A DNA stretch of 64,000 nt, from positions 19,096,001-19,160,000 of the forward strand of contig CM069151.1 of NCBI GenBank assembly GCA_035221665.1. Reading direction: 5' to 3'. The position numbers and the translations under genes are program-made. Every line of letters begins with the position of its first letter. Position 1 is the stretch's first letter. Positions 63,001-64,000 of this stretch are shown here, one piece after another. A model generated the notes under the pieces. That model had not been told where the DNA came from, did not search any database, and saw only the letters and a program-made list of their open reading frames with translations. This DNA is from Okamejei kenojei (Eukaryota).

Positions 63001-63542
63001 AGACTGCCACAGCTTGAGGCATTGTTTTGACTTGGGGATTTGAAAGCTGAGTGTTTATGGCCTTTGAGCACTACAAATCACTTTTAATTTATTTAAGTAC
63101 CCCTGAAGTGTTGCAATGTAGGAAATGTGCCAGCCAAATGTGAACACTAAACACCCACAAAATCTATTATAAATGACCAGGTTGTTTGTTTTGGTGTCAT
63201 TTGTTTTATTCAATGCATTGGCTTGGGTAACAAGGACTCTTTTGTCTTCATCAGGAGGGTAGGTGGGGCTAAGATTTTACACAATCTTTAACATTGCAGT
63301 ACTCCCGCAGTACCACAGTGATTTATTAAGATGAATGATAGGCTCAGCTTCTGGAACTGGATTTGAATTCACAACTTTCAAACTCGGGTAAAGTGCTACA
63401 GCGGGATTAAGGAAAGACAATTAATAATGTCTGCTCTGAATTCTTACCTGATAATATTTCAGGTAATCCACAGTGGAATGGCAGTTGGAGAAAGCACTTG
63501 TTGGATCTTTCAATTGAGAGCAATATAGCTTGGCATAGTTTT
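1..63542 (-). CDS. Gel-forming mucin gene (MUC2/MUC5-like, ovomucin-alpha-like D3); multi-exon, partial at both ends
   Basis: About 40 GT-AG exons splice in a continuous frame (except one frameshift near 15470) into C8-TIL-E, D', VWD3, PTS/CysD, VWD4, C8, TIL, VWC and CK. Confidence 0.93.
680..850 (+). mobile_element. Non-LTR retrotransposon 3' tail fragment
   Basis: gcttttcactgtacctcggtacacgtgacaat end; related to ~21200-21520 and ~62706-62740. Confidence 0.45.
1392..1494 (-). CDS. Mucin exon: cystine-knot domain, first part
   Basis: AG/GTAAG; [34 protein letters not shown] with CxGxC. Confidence 0.88.
2377..2428 (-). CDS. Mucin exon: end of VWC-like domain
   Basis: [17 protein letters not shown]; phase 0 to 1 fits neighbouring exons. 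Confidence 0.78.
2782..2892 (-). CDS. Mucin exon: VWC-like domain
   Basis: [37 protein letters not shown]; AG/GT. Confidence 0.88.
3537..3700 (+). mobile_element. tRNA-derived V-SINE (HE1-like) fragment
   Basis: Box-B-like gggttcaatcc followed by V-domain-like tgtgtggagttt...tcctcccacatcccaaagac. Confidence 0.7.
4063..4094 (-). CDS. Mucin micro-exon at start of VWC
   Basis: [11 protein letters not shown]; CAG/GTGAG; phase 1 to 0. Confidence 0.8.
5407..5965. mobile_element. PIF/Harbinger-like MITE
   Basis: TIR agggcctgtcc...ggacaggccct; TTA target duplication; internal ~24-bp CT-rich minisatellite. Confidence 0.75.
6023..6310 (+). mobile_element. V-SINE (HE1-like)
   Basis: gttcgatcctgacc box B, V-domain and LINE-type tail gggcctgtttccac. 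Confidence 0.75.
6458..6564 (-). CDS. Mucin exon: TIL after D4
   Basis: [35 protein letters not shown]. Confidence 0.88.
6701..6770 (-). CDS. Mucin exon: TIL after D4, first part
   Basis: [23 protein letters not shown]; GTAAG donor. Confidence 0.85.
7050..7560 (+). mobile_element. CR1 LINE 3' fragment (degraded)
   Basis: Similar to CR1 RT C-terminus (HLEYC..F..P) and 3' UTR. Confidence 0.75.
7611..7728. repeat. 55-bp tandem duplication
   Basis: tatcttgtcatgtttcctctgtacctgactatatctgtaaatatatctgtt at 7621 and 7676. Confidence 0.9.
7767..7942 (-). CDS. Mucin exon: C8 of D4 assembly
   Basis: [23 protein letters not shown]...[28 protein letters not shown]. Confidence 0.92.
8413..8680 (-). mobile_element. 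V-SINE (HE1-like)
   Basis: Reverse-orientation copy of the SINE family at 6023. Confidence 0.7.
9462..9666 (-). CDS. Mucin exon: end of VWD4 and linker
   Basis: [21 protein letters not shown]...[19 protein letters not shown]. Confidence 0.9.
9773..9956 (-). CDS. Mucin exon: VWD4
   Basis: [19 protein letters not shown]...[10 protein letters not shown]. Confidence 0.92.
10646..11423 (+). mobile_element. Penelope-like element, 5'-truncated (GIY-YIG endonuclease and tail)
   Basis: [30 protein letters not shown]; near-identical to 41098-41830. Confidence 0.85.
11639..11928. mobile_element. PIF/Harbinger-like MITE
   Basis: TIR agggcctgtcccacttac...gtaagtgggactggccct; TTA target duplication. Confidence 0.75.
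12350..12582 (-). CDS. Mucin exon: VWD4 N-terminal part with GDPH site
   Basis: [32 protein letters not shown]. Confidence 0.94.
12844..13015 (-). CDS. Mucin exon: Cys-rich region before D4
   Basis: [14 protein letters not shown]...GCCEQWECD; phase 0 acceptor. Confidence 0.9.
14395..14930 (-). mobile_element. CR1-type 3' fragment with nested one-ended MITE (~14534-14700)
   Basis: CR1-like 3' sequence interrupted by agggccctgtcccact TIR. Confidence 0.55.
15166..15559 (-). CDS. Mucin exon: single-copy CysD domain plus linker (1-nt frameshift as assembled)
   Basis: [17 protein letters not shown]...GDYELL, then in another frame [13 protein letters not shown]...[12 protein letters not shown]...[10 protein letters not shown]; 394 nt where 395 is needed. 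Confidence 0.85.
15709..16068 (+). mobile_element. CR1 LINE 3' end (young)
   Basis: [10 protein letters not shown]...[10 protein letters not shown]...WNSLPQ; ctatgttt tail. Confidence 0.88.
16778..16834 (-). CDS. Mucin PTS mini-exon (57 nt, phase 1-1)
   Basis: [18 protein letters not shown]; TAG/GTAAC. Confidence 0.78.
17864..18391 (-). CDS. Mucin large Thr/Pro-rich PTS exon (528 nt, phase 1-1)
   Basis: [21 protein letters not shown]...(PTTTTTTT)n...SSTS; TAG/GTAAG. Confidence 0.9.
19441..19500 (-). CDS. Mucin PTS mini-exon (60 nt, phase 1-1)
   Basis: [19 protein letters not shown]; CAG/GTAAG. Confidence 0.82.
20222..20395 (-). mobile_element. V-SINE fragment
   Basis: tgtgggaagaaacggagcaccc...cacagggagaac motif. 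Confidence 0.55.
20628..20854. mobile_element. PIF/Harbinger-like MITE
   Basis: ~30-bp TIR agggcctgtcccactttcacta...tagtgaaagtgggacaggccct. Confidence 0.75.
21291..21434 (+). mobile_element. Short (~140 bp) retroposon nested in a LINE tail
   Basis: 12-bp TSD atgtatctgtat (21279-21290, 21435-21446); A/G-rich tail; homolog at 48517-48652. Confidence 0.7.
22301..22360 (-). CDS. Mucin PTS mini-exon (60 nt, phase 1-1)
   Basis: [20 protein letters not shown]; TAG/GTAAG. Confidence 0.82.
23369..23425 (-). CDS. Array PTS mini-exon, copy 1
   Basis: [19 protein letters not shown]; CAG/GTAAG; 57 nt, phase 1-1. Confidence 0.83.
23857..23911 (-). pseudogene. Degenerate PTS pseudo-exon (present in all 8 units)
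   Basis: TAG|AA ACA ACT start like the other mini-exons, but 55 nt, GCAAAC in place of a GT donor, and in-frame TAG on read-through. Confidence 0.55.
24310..24648 (-). CDS. Array CysD exon, copy 1
   Basis: [17 protein letters not shown]...GDTE...[11 protein letters not shown]; WxxW; CAG/GTAAAT; 339 nt. Confidence 0.9.
25196..25252 (-). CDS. Array PTS mini-exon, copy 2
   Basis: As copy 1 with one T>I change. Confidence 0.83.
26137..26478 (-). CDS. Array CysD exon, copy 2
   Basis: 342 nt; splice sites intact. Confidence 0.9.
27026..27082 (-). CDS. Array PTS mini-exon, copy 3
   Basis: Same as copy 1. Confidence 0.83.
27968..28306 (-). CDS. Array CysD exon, copy 3
   Basis: 339 nt; CPYSYC variant. 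Confidence 0.9.
28854..28910 (-). CDS. Array PTS mini-exon, copy 4
   Basis: Same as copy 1. Confidence 0.83.
29795..30136 (-). CDS. Array CysD exon, copy 4
   Basis: 342 nt; CPYSYC variant. Confidence 0.9.
30684..30740 (-). CDS. Array PTS mini-exon, copy 5
   Basis: Same as copy 1. Confidence 0.83.
31625..31966 (-). CDS. Array CysD exon, copy 5 (canonical acceptor deleted)
   Basis: ORF intact (QELCP variant), but a 16-bp deletion removes the polypyrimidine tract and AG. Confidence 0.6.
32498..32554 (-). CDS. Array PTS mini-exon, copy 6
   Basis: Same as copy 1. Confidence 0.83.
33439..33780 (-). CDS. Array CysD exon, copy 6
   Basis: 342 nt; GRKC (W>R) variant. Confidence 0.9.
34326..34382 (-). 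CDS. Array PTS mini-exon, copy 7
   Basis: Same as copy 1. Confidence 0.83.
35268..35609 (-). CDS. Array CysD exon, copy 7
   Basis: 342 nt; splice sites intact. Confidence 0.9.
36155..36211 (-). CDS. Array PTS mini-exon, copy 8
   Basis: Same as copy 1. Confidence 0.83.
37096..37299 (-). CDS. 5'-truncated CysD exon, copy 8 (possible new in-frame acceptor)
   Basis: Only CQFVHYPEW...TTTIS remains; junction reads TTGCTTTGATAG|GA TGC CAA; 204 nt, phase 1-1. Confidence 0.45.
37826..39346 (+). mobile_element. Rex1/Babar-type LINE, 5'-truncated and degraded
   Basis: [56 protein letters not shown]; tail spans the N gap. Confidence 0.85.
39072..39219. other. Assembly gap (148 N)
   Basis: N run inside the microsatellite of the LINE 3' UTR. 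Confidence 0.99.
39564..39623 (-). pseudogene. PTS mini-exon paralog with mutated donor
   Basis: TAG|AA ACA ACC... [20 protein letters not shown]; donor position reads GAAAGTGA instead of GTAAGTGA. Confidence 0.55.
39672..39820 (-). mobile_element. V-SINE, internally deleted
   Basis: gtttagtttagagatacagcgcggaaacaggccc tail plus head fragment. Confidence 0.6.
40722..41884 (+). mobile_element. Penelope-like element, 5'-truncated (RT thumb, GIY-YIG and tail)
   Basis: [22 protein letters not shown]...[17 protein letters not shown]; frameshifted. Confidence 0.88.
43357..44392 (+). mobile_element. CR1 LINE, 5'-truncated and degraded
   Basis: [31 protein letters not shown] and CR1 tail. Confidence 0.9.
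44630..44731 (+). mobile_element. Penelope-tail-derived short repeat (hammerhead-like core)
   Basis: gtctgaagaagggtcccgacccgaaacgtcgcc...gctgagttactccagc. Confidence 0.65.
45764..45898. repeat. Local tandem duplications
   Basis: cctattgtataccagaataacctattgtatttaaacaatggagaatgaaatt repeated. Confidence 0.8.
47106..47198. repeat. 49-bp-period tandem duplication
   Basis: aattaaagtgttaccttattagtttgtaacatcattcatgtttc x2. Confidence 0.9.
47632..47700 (-). CDS. Mucin first PTS mini-exon (69 nt, phase 1-1)
   Basis: [23 protein letters not shown]; CAG/GTAAT. Confidence 0.85.
48076..48107 (-). CDS. Mucin micro-exon: end of D3 E module
   Basis: [11 protein letters not shown]; phase 2 to 1 fits. Confidence 0.8.
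48273..48746. mobile_element. PIF/Harbinger-like MITE with long TIRs and a nested retroposon
   Basis: agggcctgtcc...gggcaggccct ends; ~90-bp imperfect inverted arms. Confidence 0.75.
48517..48652 (-). mobile_element. Short 136-bp retroposon with (AAG)n tail
   Basis: 10-bp TSD tccacaagct (48507-48516, 48653-48662). Confidence 0.75.
49450..49591 (-). CDS. Mucin exon: D3 TIL/E
   Basis: [47 protein letters not shown]. Confidence 0.93.
49882..50007 (-). CDS. Mucin exon: D3 TIL
   Basis: [43 protein letters not shown]. Confidence 0.93.
51014..51170 (-). CDS. Mucin exon: D3 C8
   Basis: [53 protein letters not shown]. Confidence 0.95.
51254..51493 (-). CDS. Mucin exon: VWD3 end and C8 start
   Basis: [13 protein letters not shown]...FGNSWK...[20 protein letters not shown] (CGLCG motif). 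Confidence 0.95.
52721..52899. repeat. ~180-bp imperfect palindrome
   Basis: aacaaatataccaagct/agcttggtatatttgtt and aaagtatagtgggaattatctatct/agatagataattcccactatacttt arms; ggggc-ttc-gcccc tip. Confidence 0.9.
52962..53150 (-). CDS. Mucin exon: VWD3
   Basis: [12 protein letters not shown]...[32 protein letters not shown]. Confidence 0.93.
53430..53630 (+). mobile_element. CR1 3' tail
   Basis: Similar to 44230-44392. Confidence 0.7.
54577..54681 (-). CDS. Mucin exon: VWD3
   Basis: [35 protein letters not shown]; weak GTCTGT donor. Confidence 0.88.
55246..55371 (-). mobile_element. Solo Penelope-tail element with minimal hammerhead-like motif
   Basis: Flanked by atcagtgtt direct repeats; matches tails at 11359-11423 and 41799-41884. 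Confidence 0.72.
56481..56619 (-). CDS. Mucin exon: E' end and VWD3 start
   Basis: [47 protein letters not shown]. Confidence 0.95.
57717..57868 (-). CDS. Mucin exon: D' (TIL'/E')
   Basis: [51 protein letters not shown]. Confidence 0.93.
58515..58597 (-). CDS. Mucin exon: TIL' start
   Basis: [28 protein letters not shown]. Confidence 0.88.
58682..58734 (-). CDS. Mucin exon: E2 end
   Basis: [18 protein letters not shown]. Confidence 0.85.
58818..59064 (-). CDS. Mucin exon: D2 TIL/E
   Basis: [23 protein letters not shown]...[25 protein letters not shown]. Confidence 0.93.
59160..60758 (-). mobile_element. CR1 LINE, 5'-truncated (RT domain, frameshifted)
   Basis: [40 protein letters not shown]; (catagaaa)n tail. 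Confidence 0.93.
61240..61392 (-). mobile_element. Old Penelope-like remnant
   Basis: Degraded match to the GIY-YIG C-terminal region of the 10646 and 40722 elements. Confidence 0.5.
62007..62345 (-). mobile_element. CR1-clade LINE 3' fragment
   Basis: [13 protein letters not shown]-like translation and typical 3' UTR. Confidence 0.6.
62430..62556 (-). CDS. Mucin exon: D2 C8
   Basis: [42 protein letters not shown]. Confidence 0.93.
63448..63542 (-). CDS. Mucin exon: D2 C8 start
   Basis: [31 protein letters not shown]; CAG/GTAAG. Confidence 0.9.
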
Positions 63543-64000
63543 CTGTAATTACATTTAAAGGCATGATCAGCTGAATCCATACATTACACTTCTAGAAAAA
63601 ATGATCGGCATATGGAATAAAATCTACTACTCTTGACATTTCTATGGGTGGAACAAAAAGATGAAACTTACCAATTATCAATAAAACTAAATTAATTGCA
63701 TAGTTGTTGACTATACTAAGCTTAAATTGAAATTATGTTTTTATTAAAAAGTGTTAGAAATAAATTCATAGATAGTTTAAAAATTGTGTTTTTTCTGATA
63801 GTTTCTACAGTAGCCAAAAAGGAAAGATTAATTCCATAACATAACAGTGTTGCCACTAAAACAGTGAAGCAAATTGAAGACAAGAAACAGCAAGGGTACT
63901 TTCAAGGCCAAATAACATTCAGGAGGTCGGGGGGGTACTGTGAAAGCATTCATACGAGGGACTCTGTACAAGGAACATACCGTATGCATTCAATTTACCA

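Overview
Vertebrate genomic DNA, inferred to be from a cartilaginous fish (probably a ray or skate) from its CR1, Rex1/Babar, Penelope and V-SINE repeats. The whole window lies inside one minus-strand, multi-exon gel-forming mucin gene of the MUC2/MUC5 family, and both gene ends are off-window. Hand-spliced exon order: D2 C8/TIL/E, D', D3 (VWD-C8-TIL-E), a central region of phase-1 PTS mini-exons and CysD exons, D4 with a GDPH site, C8-TIL, one short VWC, then the cystine knot. The centre contains a ~14 kb tandem array of ~7.7 near-identical 1.83 kb intron-exon cassettes, each with a CysD exon, a dead mini-exon and a 57-nt PTS exon. Main points: (i) D3 resembles ovomucin-alpha and lacks the CxC pair that includes one N-terminal multimerisation cysteine; (ii) the single-copy CysD exon leading to the C-terminus has a 1-nt frameshift as assembled; (iii) individual cassettes have lost or gained splice sites and show a recombinant variant pattern; (iv) introns hold Penelope-derived minimal hammerhead-like motifs, a ~140-bp TSD-flanked retroposon, Harbinger-like MITEs and a ~180-bp palindrome. 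There is one 148-N gap. Exon coordinates were read by hand from GT/AG sites and frame continuity; repeat boundaries are approximate.
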